A stretch of DNA of 63,576 nucleotides, filler included, from Reticulomyxa filosa (Eukaryota > Protista > Foraminifera), in the NCBI GenBank assembly GCA_000512085.1. It is 22 parts of 22 records of this genome, joined end to end, with 100 filler letters (N's around TTAATTAATTAA, not from the genome) between each part and the next. Parts side by side here need not be neighbours in the genome. Positions count along the whole stretch, not along the records: positions 1 to 1,205 come from ASPP01010968.1; positions 1,306 to 5,649 come from ASPP01021796.1; positions 5,750 to 7,364 come from ASPP01027164.1; positions 7,465 to 10,277 come from ASPP01035703.1; positions 10,378 to 15,451 come from ASPP01008149.1; 17 more parts are not named here. One strand, given 5' to 3'. Position numbers and translations under genes: made by a program. A model generated the notes under the pieces. That model made no database searches. It was not told the DNA's origin and saw only the letters and a program-made list of their open reading frames with translations. Position 1 is the stretch's first letter; every line of letters begins with the position of its first letter. Shown here in pieces: positions 1-13,400 of the stretch.

Positions 1-1158
1 ATTATTATTATTATTGTTATTATTATTGTTCAAACTTGTGGAAAATAAATTGAAAAGATCGGCACTCTGCGTAAGTGGCACACTTGGCGATTGAGACAAC
101 AACGTTCTTGGGAAAGACACTATTGACTCATTGCCTTGAATGGTTCCCATTGGATTGAACGACAACGCCCCAAAGGCGTTCAACGTAGAGCTATAGTCCT
201 GAGCCTGGCTTGTCATATTCAAGTTTTGAGTGGGGTCTGTCAACGTTAGTACTCCACTAGTGCACTGCAATCCATGTTTAATAAATCCAAGTTACCCTGC
301 ATTTTTCACATTTAAACAATACACAAATTTAATAAACACAATAAACTAAATAAATAAATAAATAAATAAGTATATATAAATATATACGCTTAAAAAAACT
401 TTATTTGTTGTTGTAACTGTTCCAGTGATGGGCATGCCGAGCATGTTGGGTGGCGGACTGCTTTGCAATCCAAAGTTGCCCACAGATCGGACCAGATTGT
501 TGCTCGTGTGAATCAAGCTGTTCATGGTGCTTGGGAGAATGGACGCAGCGTGAAGTGGGTTGCAGCTGGTCGATGCTCCCCCTGCAGTGGTGAACATGGG
601 CATCGTCGGCGTTTGCGCATACGTAGTCATCGGGATGCTGTTTTGCAAGTGACTTTGGCCATTGAGTGCCGCATGAATCGAGTTGAACAAGTTCAGTGTC
701 GATGGTGTTGGCGTATTGGTTATGTCCGGTAAGCCAAAGTCGATTCCGGTTCCTGCCATACCTCCTTGCATGTTTAGCTCGGACATTAATGTGTTACCAT
801 TATTATTATTATTATTATTATTATGATTAATCGTGTTCATACAAACAGAGTTGAGCATTGAGAGCGACGGCGATGGTGTGGTCAGTGGGAATTGCAACAT
901 CTTTTCAAATCCCGGCGTTCCCGAAGGTGTAATCAATTGTCCAAAGTCGGGCAACTGCGCACCACCAAACACATTGCGCGTGTCCAAAGCATGTCCGAGA
1001 TTGCTTCCGTCGCTCGGTTTCTGCACGCAGCTGTTGTTCGCCGAACACAGCTGCGAGCGACCAGGAAACGTCGTCCCATTTGGTTGCGCCGACAAGAACG
1101 AGGTCGACACAAACTGCGGCTGAGGCGGACTCAAAGAGGACAAACGTTCCAAATTCAT
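1..1158 (-). CDS. Low-complexity S/T/P/N/M-rich protein, partial; at least two exons
   Basis: 270-aa ORF with poly-N. AT-rich intron at about 298-400 (GTTTTT...TGCAG). A downstream exon continues the same composition, with an apparent 1-nt frameshift near 260. Confidence 0.55.
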
Positions 1159-1205
1159 GCTGTTGAAATCTGTCGTACCGTTCTGTTTAATATGTGTGTG
1201 TGTGT

Positions 1206-1305
1206 NNNNNNNNNNNNNNNNNNNNNNNNNNNNNNNNNNNNNNNNNNNNTTAATTAATTAANNNNNNNNNNNNNNNNNNNNNNNNNNNNNNNNNNNNNNN
1301 NNNNN
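1206..1305. other. Artificial contig-joining linker (N44-TTAATTAATTAA-N44); first of 21 copies
   Basis: The same 100-nt spacer, with a six-frame stop core, starts at about 1206, 5650, 7365, 10278, 15452, 17380, 18961, 20724, 28912, 30181, 36781, 39503, 43344, 44955, 46608, 48273, 54937, 57779, 58997, 60583 and 61727. Flanking sequences are unrelated. Confidence 0.97.
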
Positions 1306-1351
<46 letters not shown>

Positions 1352-3507
1352 TGGTAATGCTAATAACGACAGTGATGACGATAGTGATAGTAAAAATAAT
1401 AATGGCAGTGACAGTGATGATGATGAAAAAGGGATGGCTCAATCATCATATACAAACCGTGCGAAAGTATTGTTGATTGACGAAGTGGACGTATTTTTCA
1501 ATCGAGAGTTTTATGGCAGATGCTATTCGCCTGCGGCCATCTTGCGTCATGGTGATATCACCAGACTTCTTGACTTGATTTGGCAAAACAGAAATGCGAA
1601 TTGGACGCTGGCCCAGGTGGAGCAAAGCAACGAATATAAGGCGTGCTGCAACGTGTTAAAAGGGTGGGATGCGCTGTTGAATGAGGCGATCAAAGATATG
1701 TTAAACGACGTGCAAAAGTTTGCAGGGCATGGATATCAAGTGAGCAATGATAAGATTGGATACAAAGAGCAAGACAGCATTTGCTACAATATTCGCTACG
1801 GATACAAGACACTGTTTGCATATTATCACGAACACGAGCAAAACAAAATCAGCAAGGAAAGTCTCGAAAAGAACAAGTTTCTGTCTTTTCAAATTGGGAG
1901 CTTTTCTTATGCGGAGGTCCCCAAGGGTTTCTCTTGCATCATGGGAGTGAGTGGGACGTTGAAGACATTGAGCCCACCGGAGCAAACCGTGGTTGAAAAA
2001 GATTACAAAATCTGTAAGCACACATATATGCCGTCATTGTTTGGGGAAAACAGTTTTATATTTGTTGAAAAGAACGATATTATGATTGTGAAAGAGAGTG
2101 ACTACTTTACGACTTTGAAGAAGGAGATTGACGATCGATTGATCGGCAAAATTCCTGGGACAAAGCGAGCTGTGCTAGTGTTTTTTGAATCCAAAAAGCA
2201 CTTGGTCGAATTCTATGAGTCGATGCACTTTGTCACCTACAAAGACAATGCTGTTGTGATGACCGAGGACAATTCATTCGAAGAAAAGGAATCTCTCATC
2301 AAGCGCGCCACCACCTCGGGCCAAGTCGGACTGTTCACCAAGTCCTTTGGACGCGGCACCGACTTTGTATGTCGTGATCAAATCGTCGCGTCCAATGGGG
2401 GGGCTCATGTCATTCAAACCTTCCTTTCCGAGGAGCTGTCCGAAGAAGTGCAAATTAAAGGACGCACGGCCAGACAAGGGGGTTCCGGCTCCTACAGTAT
2501 GGTGTTGTGCGAAAAAGCGCTCGAGCGATTCCTGATCAACGAACCGGACGTTAATAATGCACGAAGCACGGGCAACTTTTATCCTATGCTCCATCAAAAG
2601 AGAAATGACTTCTTCAAAACACAATATGCTGAGAATAAAAAGTATATAGAGTGTGCTGCCAAAGAACACCAGTTAGCGAAAACATTTATCGAGGCGTTGA
2701 AGAAAAACAATGTACCCACGGTCAAGAAAATGTTATGTGAGAGAAACAATAGGGGCCGAAATCCGACAGTTGTCACGGACGGTGGTGTTGATGGATGCCA
2801 CTGGTTCCATGTCTCATTTGTTGCAAAAAGTCAAAACTACTGTCGGCACTATGTTTTCTCGAATTGCGCAGATTTTGGAAGACAAGGGAGCATCTTCCAA
2901 TGGCTTTGAGATGCAATTTGTTGTGTATCGCAATTACAATGCTCCCGAAGACATGATTTTGCAGGTCTCGCCTTGGGAGGTCAAACCTGACAACTTGCGC
3001 AATTTTATGGAAATGATCGAGTCTGATTATGGAATGGGCAATGAGGCTATTGAAGTTGGCTTGGCTTATGTCAATCGAGAATCTTCCAAACTACCAGTTT
3101 CGCAAATCATTTTAATTGGCGATTCGCCTGCAAATACTCAATATGAAGTGACCGAAAAGAGACAAAAGATACGCGGAGAACAGTATTGGAAAAATACTGC
3201 GTTATTCTCAAAACCTACTTATTATGAAAACGAACTGCAGCTGCTGAAACAAAACCACATTATCGTGCATGCCTATTTTGTTGATGATGAAGCAGAAACT
3301 AATTTTAAAGAGATTGCTGACGCCACCGGTGGTCGATGTGAAAAACTAGATATTAACTCACCAAAAGGCTCGACCCAATTGACCGATTTAGTTGCTGAGG
3401 AAGTTCTCAGAAATGCTGGAGGAGACAAAGGTGACGAGCTCGTTAAAGCATACAGAGCCAAATTTTGTAAATCTTTCGTTGCGGGAATTTTTTCTCGTCT
3501 TTCTTAA
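1306..3507 (+). CDS. SecA-like (SF2-type) ATPase fused to a C-terminal VWA domain; 5' partial; 1-nt frameshift at about 2748
   Basis: SecA-type motifs LLIDEVDVFF, GVSGTL, FGRGTDF and QIKGRTARQG. The frame is open back to the contig start (poly-N/D). Removing one A in AAC-AAT-AGGGG gives ERNIGAEIRQLSRTVVLMDATGSM, a MIDAS-like motif, followed by NEAIEVGL and IILIGDSPAN. No introns. Confidence 0.8.
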
Positions 3508-4075
3508 AACTTTTTTTTCATAGTTTGTCGAAAATAATTTAGGTTTTTATTCAATTCATTTTGTAAAATTGACGAGAATCAATTACTTTTTCAAAAGTTC
3601 CAAATTTGTATAAAATAGTGACCACCCATTTGGTGTATGCTTTTTTTAGTATCATCAATGTATGGGCCTTTTTCTTAGTATTTGTCAACATATTTTCGGC
3701 GACATCATTCGTTTGGAGAATTTGGTCTTATCGATTTTTTTTCTTTCTCTCTCGCAAAACGAGTAATTTAATTAATTGAAGCTCTTTACCAAAACTGTAA
3801 AAAAAAAAATTATTCCTGAAAACCAAACAAACCAACAAACCGAAAAAGAGAATAATTTTTGGATAGCATCCTAAACCAATAAAAATGACCATCTTTAAAG
3901 TATCAACATGACACTACCCAAAAAACTTGACTCACAATGATTACAAACACCCCGCATTTTTTCTTGATCATTGACCCATCTTATAGTGCAAGCACGGCAT
4001 ATCGACTCAAATAAAAAAAAAAAGCGACAAAAAATATGATGACTAAAAAAAAAAATTGGATTTGTTGTAAAATTT

Positions 4076-5048
4076 TTAAAACTCATTATCCCTGGTGACA
4101 CGAAAGGCGAGGTATAAAAGCTGGCAACAACAAAGACAAACGGAAGTACTGTATCCAGCAACAATAGCAATGGTAAAAATTTTTTCATAAAGATTAGCCC
4201 AGCTACGATCTTTGACAATCAAAATACACAAGACGTACGTCAGTACGGCAAAGCCAATGGTCCAAATCGTGTTTAGGAACCAGACAATAACATATGCTAT
4301 TGAGTATTCCAACTCTCCGCTTTGCAAAAGTTTTCGCATCAATTTTCCGTGATATTCGAACATGACACCAGCCAGCCATAAAGTCACCGTGATACATACA
4401 TCAAACCAATCGGTTCGAAAATACGAGTCTTTATTGAAATACAAGTATGGCAACGTAGTTAAACCTAGAAATATCGGTAAATAGCATTTTATACACACTT
4501 GAGCGCATGTGGACACTTTTTCCAATGCCGTGTTTCCTTTTTCTTCTTCGTGGGACTCTTCGTACCACGATTCTACCCATTGTAATACTGTACATTCACC
4601 AATTCACCATCCTTTATGATTATATTTTTTTTTTTGGATGACATACATAGAAAACGTATATATATACTTTGACGTATAAAAAAAAATACAAGCGATGATG
4701 TAGAAAAAAAGAAATTAAACTAATTTTGCCACCACCAATGGCTCCAAAAAAGATAATGGAATGAACATCCCAATCGGACGTCCACATGAACAACACTGCT
4801 TGCGCGCTTTCGAGAGCAGCAATAGCAATCACTTCCACAAAACAGTTAAGCATTGAAAATGCCTCAACTATTCCCACCGCCACACCAAAACCGTACATAA
4901 TCCAGAAAATTTCATGATCGCCCTTGCTTTGATAGTATATGGCAAAAATGTCTTCCACCAGCCCACTTGCCATTTTGATCATACTCAATAACTCAATTAA
5001 TTTTGAACTACTTTTTTTCGGCTTTGTAAACAACGAGTCAATATTCAT
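4076..5048 (-). CDS. Multi-pass membrane protein of unknown family; intron at about 4610-4730 and possible frameshifts
   Basis: Two hydrophobic ORFs (4620-5057 and 4076-4525) are separated by an AT-rich intron-like stretch. Several TM-length hydrophobic segments. Confidence 0.5.
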
Positions 5049-7464
5049 TTGGCACAAACTTATTTTGATACAATCAAAGATCCAAATCTGACAATACTTT
5101 TTGAATTTTTTTTTTAAAGAGACGAAACAACAACGAACGAGGAGAATCTAAAAAAAAAAATTCAAAAAAAGTTGACCTGATTTTTTAAAACAAAACAGTA
5201 TTTTAAAATAATTTTTATTTTATTTCTCTCTCAAAATGCTTGTAAACAATTGAATTTTTATTCAAAGAAAGCGCCAATTATAGACAGCGAATTGAAAGTG
5301 ATCAAAAAAGATCTTACGCGTCAACAAAAAAAACAAGTCAAACAATTTTTTATTACTTGTCCATATTTTCATTCAATAATCACATCACAAGTATGCAAAA
5401 CGATCGTCTGCTGAAATAGTGTAATGCCGATCAAAGATATTGCAAATATATCGATCACTCATATTGACAGAGTGATATCTTGGTGATTATATTGAAAAAT
5501 ACACTGCTAGCTTGCTTTTTTATTAGAAATTGTTTAACAATCAACTGATTTGATTGTGCCATCATTCTGTCATCAATTTTTTTTAAAGATAAAATGAATA
5601 AAATAAAGTGTGATTCATGTTACATAAATAGGGCATGATCATTAATATTNNNNNNNNNNNNNNNNNNNNNNNNNNNNNNNNNNNNNNNNNNNNTTAATTA
5701 ATTAANNNNNNNNNNNNNNNNNNNNNNNNNNNNNNNNNNNNNNNNNNNNATATCTCTAGTAATTTCACTAAACAATGACAAACCATCCACATTATCTCTA
5801 TTTGTAATCTAATGAATAATTCATCATTTTTATTACCGCACAAAATAATAGTATTTTCATTACAATAGTAGTTGATAATAAAAATTTTAGTTAAATCTTG
5901 AATGAACTAATTCAATATTGTAATTGATACATTACAATAAGTTTATTTCCACATATGTACTGTTAATAAATAATCACAATCAAACTATCATAGTTGTATT
6001 TATTTGTATGAAGTTCGTTATATATGATTAAATCGAATAAAAATCTTTGGATAATTTACTAACATCTTGGTAATCGATTAAATACAAATTTATATTTCAA
6101 TTATTGTTCAAATAATTACTAAAGTTTGTAACTAAATTTTTTTCATCTTGAAAGATTATCACATTTGGTATTATCACATTCACTGATTGCGATCATGATC
6201 ATCAATATATTTTTTATTATTTTTGTTTATAAATTATTAATTAATGTAACATTATTTTGTATATTAACTAATCCAAGCTTTATATTTTTATTTATACTCT
6301 TTTCCAAGTCTTTAATTTCAAACAAAATTAGCCGACGAACAATTTTTTTAAATGTCAATTGCTTAATTTTTTTCATATATATCACAAATACTTGAAAATA
6401 TTCTTATTTGATTTTTTGATTGTATTTTTTGTATTTTTTTGAATATCATTTACATTAAATTACATCATAATCAAAAATACACTTTATATGAGATCTCATT
6501 GATTACAATACTTTAAAATCACTTTCTTCTTCTATTTCTTTTTCACTTAGTAATATATTTTATGATTGTAGATAATTAGTCTTTCGGAAACGACATCTGA
6601 CAACGTGTCTGCAATATCATTCTTTGTCATAATAGCTGTTATTGTTATTGTTGTTGGTATAATGAGAGATAGAGCAACACGCCCCTTAGTGCTATTCACA
6701 CGATATACCGAGTTGTTGGTGTCAATAAGAGCTTTCACAATGAGATAAGAATGTACGTGTACGCGATTGACTTCTAACATTGGCTTCGCCTTTGTCCGGG
6801 ACAGCTTACTAAAGATTAGACAAACTGTACTGTTGCTTCATCCAATGCAGCTGCTTCGACGTGTAGTGGTTGTTTTCAATATTTTCCAAGCCTTGTTTCA
6901 ACATTGAGTTAATATCCAGTGCAATCCAAACCAACCACTTTTTTAAACAACAATTACCATATTACATTGTTTGTCTCTATCTTTGTCTTTGTGGTATTGT
7001 TTTCTCTAATCATACAAAGTGATAAACACACAGTAAACATGTTTGTCTGGCTCCAACAACGAAAGAGACAACTACCAGAGCTTTAACAGGACTGGTATAT
7101 GTGAAAGCTAATGGAACATGCGCGATGAGGATGAGGTTGCTTATGTGATTGGCATTTGCAAAGATGCAAAGGAAACGAAGAGTAGGAATATGAAAAAAAA
7201 GAAAAGAGTGAATACATAAGTTGATTGGAATCATTACATGTGTGCGAATCCAATATTCGTCAATAATCAGGTATGGGCAAACAGCTACTATGACGCTGTG
7301 CTGCAAATACATGGAATTGCAAGAACGAGTGCCTTGAAACGCTACGATGGAATCGTTTGGCACANNNNNNNNNNNNNNNNNNNNNNNNNNNNNNNNNNNN
7401 NNNNNNNNTTAATTAATTAANNNNNNNNNNNNNNNNNNNNNNNNNNNNNNNNNNNNNNNNNNNN

Positions 7465-10277
7465 TTGTTGTTGGCGCAGAAACTTGAGAATGGTTATTGT
7501 TGCATGACTTGCAATTGTCATTTTGGAAGCAAAGCCCTCCAACTCACTTTCTTGAGGATCATGTGTTAAGAAATATTCGTACATGATGGACGTAACCATA
7601 GTCAATCGTTCCAAAGGCATTGTCGATTCACAATTCGACAATGTTTTCCTGATTTCCGGTATCACCACAGCTTCATTTTTGAAGAGAAATACCAATTGTA
7701 CATACTTAGTAATGACATTCTCGAAATAATATAAAACTGTCTCAATGGATGGGATACTCATAAGACTATTCTTACCAATAACTATTTGAACCATACACAA
7801 TACAATATCTTTGAGAATTTCAGCTATTTGATCGCTGTCTTCTATTGAAAAGTAGGCATGAAATTTTCCACGAATCACATCCTCCGCATAAAATTCACAA
7901 GTTTCAAGACTGCATTGATTCAATTTTAAGAAAGCATCATCACCACCTTCATCCAAATTACTTTTCAAGAGAACACAAGTATTCAATACCTTATCATTGA
8001 TACGAATAGACTCCGTATTCAAAGTGTCATCGGAGATGATTTGGAGTTTGTCAAGACACCACATGTGAAAATTCCAGCTAAATGGGAAACATGCTTGATA
8101 ACATATTTTCACTTTCGAAACATGCAATTTTAGATCAGTTATCTCATCTTCATCGAACAATGGCACTAATGCTTCATTTTCAACACTTGCTACAAAAATG
8201 TTTATTAATTCCTGTCTTGAATCGACTTTCTTTTTTATTGCCTTTTGTGAAGTGTTTCATTTTTTTTCCATTTTTGCGTTTATTCATTTGCTTTATGTTT
8301 ACAAAAAAAAAAAAATAAACAAAAAAACTTGAAGGTAGCAGTTTTCATAAAGGGGTAGCAGGACTCTAATCCATGCAAAAATGATCAAATTATCTACAAA
8401 GGTTTGATAGGTTTGAATAAAACTGGGCTGAGATCTATTTATAACCTGTTCAGCTATTTTTTTAATCTTGTTAATGATAAAATTAACAGGAATGTTTTTA
8501 TCTAATACTAATTTCAATCTCGCTCCCATCGGATCTTGAATCTCTTTGGGCACCACATCAGCTTTCAACTCAAATGAAGAGCTGAAAGAAGAAGGAAATT
8601 CCAAATAAAAAAAGGCACGCTGTATCAGTCTTTGCATCTGATTGAAACGTATAAAAAAAAGAGTGGCTCTAACATATATGTATAAATACGTATAAACAGA
8701 AAAGATAAAAACAAACTTGCTCAAGCGAGGGGTATTGAAAAATCACAGCTGTTTGGTTACTCGTGGTCAAGTTTTTCAAGTTTATTGATGATCGGCTGGT
8801 TAGAGAATCAATAAAAGCAAGTTTCCACTTTCTATTCAAAATATTTCCACAACAAAATATTGGTGAATATTTCTATTGTTTTACAAAAAAAAAGAGTTTG
8901 CTTAAACTGTGAAAAAATGATAGGAAATGGATTCTTTTGTCCCATAACATTATGAACAATAAGAACAACCAATTTTTCTTTTGCAGGTGTTTCGTTGTTA
9001 GATTTTTTCCAATACAAAGAATGAGCACTTTCGAGAATACATTTGATTTGAAAAAACTGTGTTAAGTCATTGGTCTTATGCTGATATTGCAAAACGAGTA
9101 TGTTCGTCATGGAGCTCTCAAAGAAATTTGTGACATCTTTTTCGAGATGATTTACTTTCATATAATCACTAATACGTTTACTATTCCATTTACATTGGAA
9201 GGAGTTGTATTCCAAATCACAGGTCAAAATTAACAACATTTCTTTATTGCAATTTTCCTTTGCAGTGTCCAGGACTTGCTCCTATTTTGTTAATTTCGTT
9301 TTATTTTTGTGAATAGTTTAAAAGGATGACAATGACCACTTTCCTTTCATTGAAGAAAACACACTTAACAAATGTGTCGAAAGATTGATTCGTGTAGTTG
9401 ACAGTTCGAAAAGACTTCATTGCCAAATCCACAATTTTGGCTGGGTGACGAAGTGGATAGAATAGTGTTAGTAATTTTTCTGTTAATTGTTTTGTTTCGT
9501 CTTGTTTTATATCTTCACATTACGATCATTTTGTGACTGTGGTTTGCGTTGCAGCAGGATGTGGGAGATGGCCGAAGGAATTGTGTCATCATTAAATCCA
9601 CAAAACAATTCGAGTAACTCTTCATCTCCAGAGAGACCATAGCGGTCACACAGATGCTTTTTAAAGGTGCTTACTTTGCCAAAATAGAGTGAAGGCAATG
9701 AACTAGCGTATGAAATGTATTGCCTCTCAAAACGTCCAAAAAATGCTTGTTCCGCCTTTGCCAAAAAAAAAAAAAAAACAAATAAACAAATCAAACAAAA
9801 TATTGAATAAACTGTTCAATACATAACTTAACTGAATTCTTCATATCTTCTTTGGAGACAATGACGATACATTTAAATCCTCCTGCGACAATGCAATCTT
9901 TGGTCTGATCCTCCGCAGCCACGCGGCAAACTTGATTTTCTGGAGGAAGAAAGAGAACAAAGAAAGGAGGAATAACTCACTCAAAAAAAATAAAGAGTAA
10001 AAAAACATACCTAAAGAATCAATAGAATATCTTTGATTGAGCATGTCATAAAGACATTCATGAATCGATTTCAACTTGTATAAGACAACTTTCTTTCCAA
10101 CTTGCATGCAATTGATAACTTTGTGCAAATGATCATAACTTGTCATGGTGGCTGTATCCGATGCAAATTTACTATCAAATAAAAATACTGCGTCTTCACA
10201 TGACAATAGATTGTGATCCAATAACAATTGCCATGAATAGGGCTTCTCACACACCAGCATACAATGTCTGCAATTTT
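7465..10277 (-). CDS. RNF213/mysterin-like AAA+ giant protein, internal multi-exon fragment
   Basis: LFDSKFASD...HKVINCMQVGKKVVLYKLKSIHECLYDMLNQRY parallels RNF213 IFGSSFPKD...NRVKICMETGKMVLLLNLQNLYESLYDALNQYY. FGRFERQYI, FCGFNDDT, WKLAFIDSL and FPFSWNF follow in the expected order. GT-AG introns separate the exons. Confidence 0.8.
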
Positions 10278-10457
10278 NNNNNNNNNNNNNNNNNNNNNNN
10301 NNNNNNNNNNNNNNNNNNNNNTTAATTAATTAANNNNNNNNNNNNNNNNNNNNNNNNNNNNNNNNNNNNNNNNNNNNAAAAAAAAAAATGGTTACTTTCA
10401 ATGGCAACATACACTCGCACAAATACAACGAACAAAAAAAAAAAAAAAAAATAAAGA

Positions 10458-13400
10458 TTGGTTGGACGAACGATGGTCGATTTGTCTTCTTTACGCTACT
10501 CTCCATTGATTGACGGACTGTTTCATTTGATCTCTTTGGAAAACGGCAAGCAGGTGATTGGAGAAGTCAAATTAAAGCTGAACGTGCAATATTTCCATTC
10601 CAATGCGAAAACATTTCCAAATAGTGGTGCAAGCACCGATCGAAAACAGGAACAAGACCGACCATATTCGGACCGGTCCATTGATTCACAAAATGTCTGC
10701 TTTCTTGTCCTTTCCAAGTACAACTATGCATAAAAAAAAAAATAATAAATAATAATAATAATAATAATAATAAATTGTACAAATAAATAAACAAATGGAT
10801 AATATTAAAAAACAAAATGCTTGTGTTCGAATCAGCTGCATTTGAAATTGAATTTGAATTGGAAGAGCGAAAGCCCGTCGATGAACACTGACAACAGTTT
10901 GCACTGGAATCGAGTCGTTGATCATGACACCAAAAGCGAAAACCAGAAAGCGCAATGCCAAGCCTTTCCAATGAGGATGTTCGTTGCACCTTCAAACCAC
11001 AAGTACTATTCCCGAATCAATTGAAAGACCGCGTGTTCCGTGATGTGAACGGGGACGGTCGCAAGGCAGCAAAGCCAATGGCCACCAAGGAAGAAGCCAA
11101 TCAAGACTTAAGTGAAGATAGTCTTATCATTGAAAAAAAATTAGACGCTTATTGTGATACTCTTGCACTACCAGTTGGTTTATCTTGTTTTAATTCTTTG
11201 CAAAATAACTTACATATACATATATATATACATATATACATATATATATATATGTATGTGCATGTGTGTGTATAGGAAACAGACAGAGGGATGCTATTTA
11301 ATCAATTGTTCTTAAATGCACCTGTTCCTGATGAATATGACGACAATGAGAAAGCAAAGAAATCAATGGACAATTGCATTGGTACATCACTGACGGATGG
11401 AGTCATACAATGTTTGTTGAAGCTACGCATTCGTGACATTTGTCTGCGTCGACCACAAGTTTCGAAATGAAAGTGATTGTGTGGATTTTTGTTTTGTATT
11501 GTTTGTTGTTGCGAACCCACCTTTTTAAACAATGAAACAGATTGCAGTGAATGAAAGCGATTGGATAAGGGTGGAATGCAACCTTTTGAGTTTGCCATTG
11601 GAAGATATGAATCTGATCAGTGATGCAAGCGCAGCGTTACCACGTCAGTACACATACGAAAGGACGAGTGGCGTGTTCAAAATTTCGACAGCGTTGTCGA
11701 AAGAAGAACAAATAAAAATCGAGCATCAAGTTTATATCACCAATCTAATTATTGTATCATTGCATCACTTTACATACACACAAAAAACAATAATTGATTG
11801 CATTCCGTGTTTTGTTCTCTCTTTATCTTTGTCTATTGTTTGGACAAAAGTAGAAACGATATGAAGTCACGTATAGTGTCGACAATCAATCACAGTGCAC
11901 GTTTCTGCTACTTGACACTGACTTTAAGAAGCCAATGGGAGTGACTGACACGAACCATGAAACCACGGCCGATGCAAATAGTCACGATCACAACAATACG
12001 ATTTGGTTTGAAATCAATGTACCGGTGCGTGCCACAACATTGGAAAAAACAAGCAAGCCGTCATCGACTCCAAGTGTCATTAAAACGCTGTTTGCAAAGT
12101 TGCCTTTGAATACAATTTGGAGTTTCGAAACTGATTCGAATCTTGACCGCGTCGACGATATACGAAAATGCTTAACGGTGGAGATATTCCGAACACGTCA
12201 TCCACAGCACGTTGTCAGACGTGGTGTTGGATATCTCTCCAACGCAGAAGTGGATTCCGTAGGTACGTTGGCAATTGGAGTAGAGCTCAATTGGATGTTG
12301 CCCGTCATTTCAAAAAGCGTTGCAACACTTGGATTCATATCTTTGCACGACACAAAACAGGTGCAAACAACGGAAAATATCGACATGCAACAAAATGACA
12401 GTGATCATGACAATGGTCATGACAATGATCATGACAATGGTCATGACAATGATCATGACAATGATCATGATATTGAAGATGAAAAAGTTAACATTTTTAT
12501 TATTGTTGTTGTTTGTCAAAAACACCAAAAAAAAAAAACACACATATACCTACATATAAACAATTTTTGCCTATTTTTTAAAAATAGGACTTGGAGACAC
12601 AAAAAGACAAACAAAATGAAAGTGCAAAAGAAAATGGAAAAGAGAAATGGATTAAAGAATTAAAACCGAATGAAGTAATAAATAACGTGAGTAAATATAA
12701 AAACACACTGGACGTAGGCGATTTAATGGCAGTGTATTGTCGCATCAAAAGCATTCGAATAACGTCGCGTCAGTGGTTGGAGGGAAAGAAGACACGCAAA
12801 TGGACCCCAGTCATTGTGTATCATTCCATACCCTCGCTTCGCACGCCACCGTCTTCGTCCTCTTCTTTACACGAAACACGCGTGCCAATCTCGACATCTG
12901 CATGGGACGAAGACATAATATATTGTGATCATGAAACAATATGCAAAATGATTGTAACATCCGAGTGGTTGGAACAGCTGCAACAACACAAACATACTTG
13001 TTTTGTGGACATACACCTTTGGGACAAGTCTTCGACACTCGCAACAACAACAACAACAACAGTGGGGTCGTCTCCAATGCGCATTGGTATGGTGAAAATT
13101 CCTTGGCGTGTCTTTTGTGACTGCATTGAAAAGCCCACGTACTGCAAATGTTTAAGTCCATTTGCTTCTTGGTCATTGCTGTTACAACAAGTAATGGTAA
13201 ACTCGCCATTGCCAATTGTCGATCCACAAGACCCTGGTCTCGTCATTGGAGAAATGGATCTGTGTCTCGCATTGGGCTCTTTGTCTCAGATGCAAATGCT
13301 GTCGGAATGCAACTGGCACGCGTCTCTAATACAAAACTACTTGCGAATGCGCGTTGCCAAGTTGCACTTTCAAAAAACTCAGTCTTCTCGTCTGGAGGAC

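Noticed and set aside
1306-1442. Poly-Ile hydrophobic ORF and similar Ile/Tyr/Phe-rich short ORFs throughout
   Set aside because: Translations of (AAT)n, (TA)n and poly-T microsatellites or introns.
2740-2760. Programmed ribosomal frameshifting or RNA editing as a general mechanism
   Set aside because: No shared slippery-site or stop motif among the sites, both insertions and deletions occur, and the bacterial contig shows the same defect.
5750-6460. Possible small GTPase relic (minus strand IILCGNKND near 5830-5855)
   Set aside because: Only a G4-like motif is visible. No G1 or G3 could be recovered from the heavily degraded AT-rich sequence.
6547-7364. Short ORFs on both strands
   Set aside because: No recognisable motifs and frequent stops; cannot be assigned.
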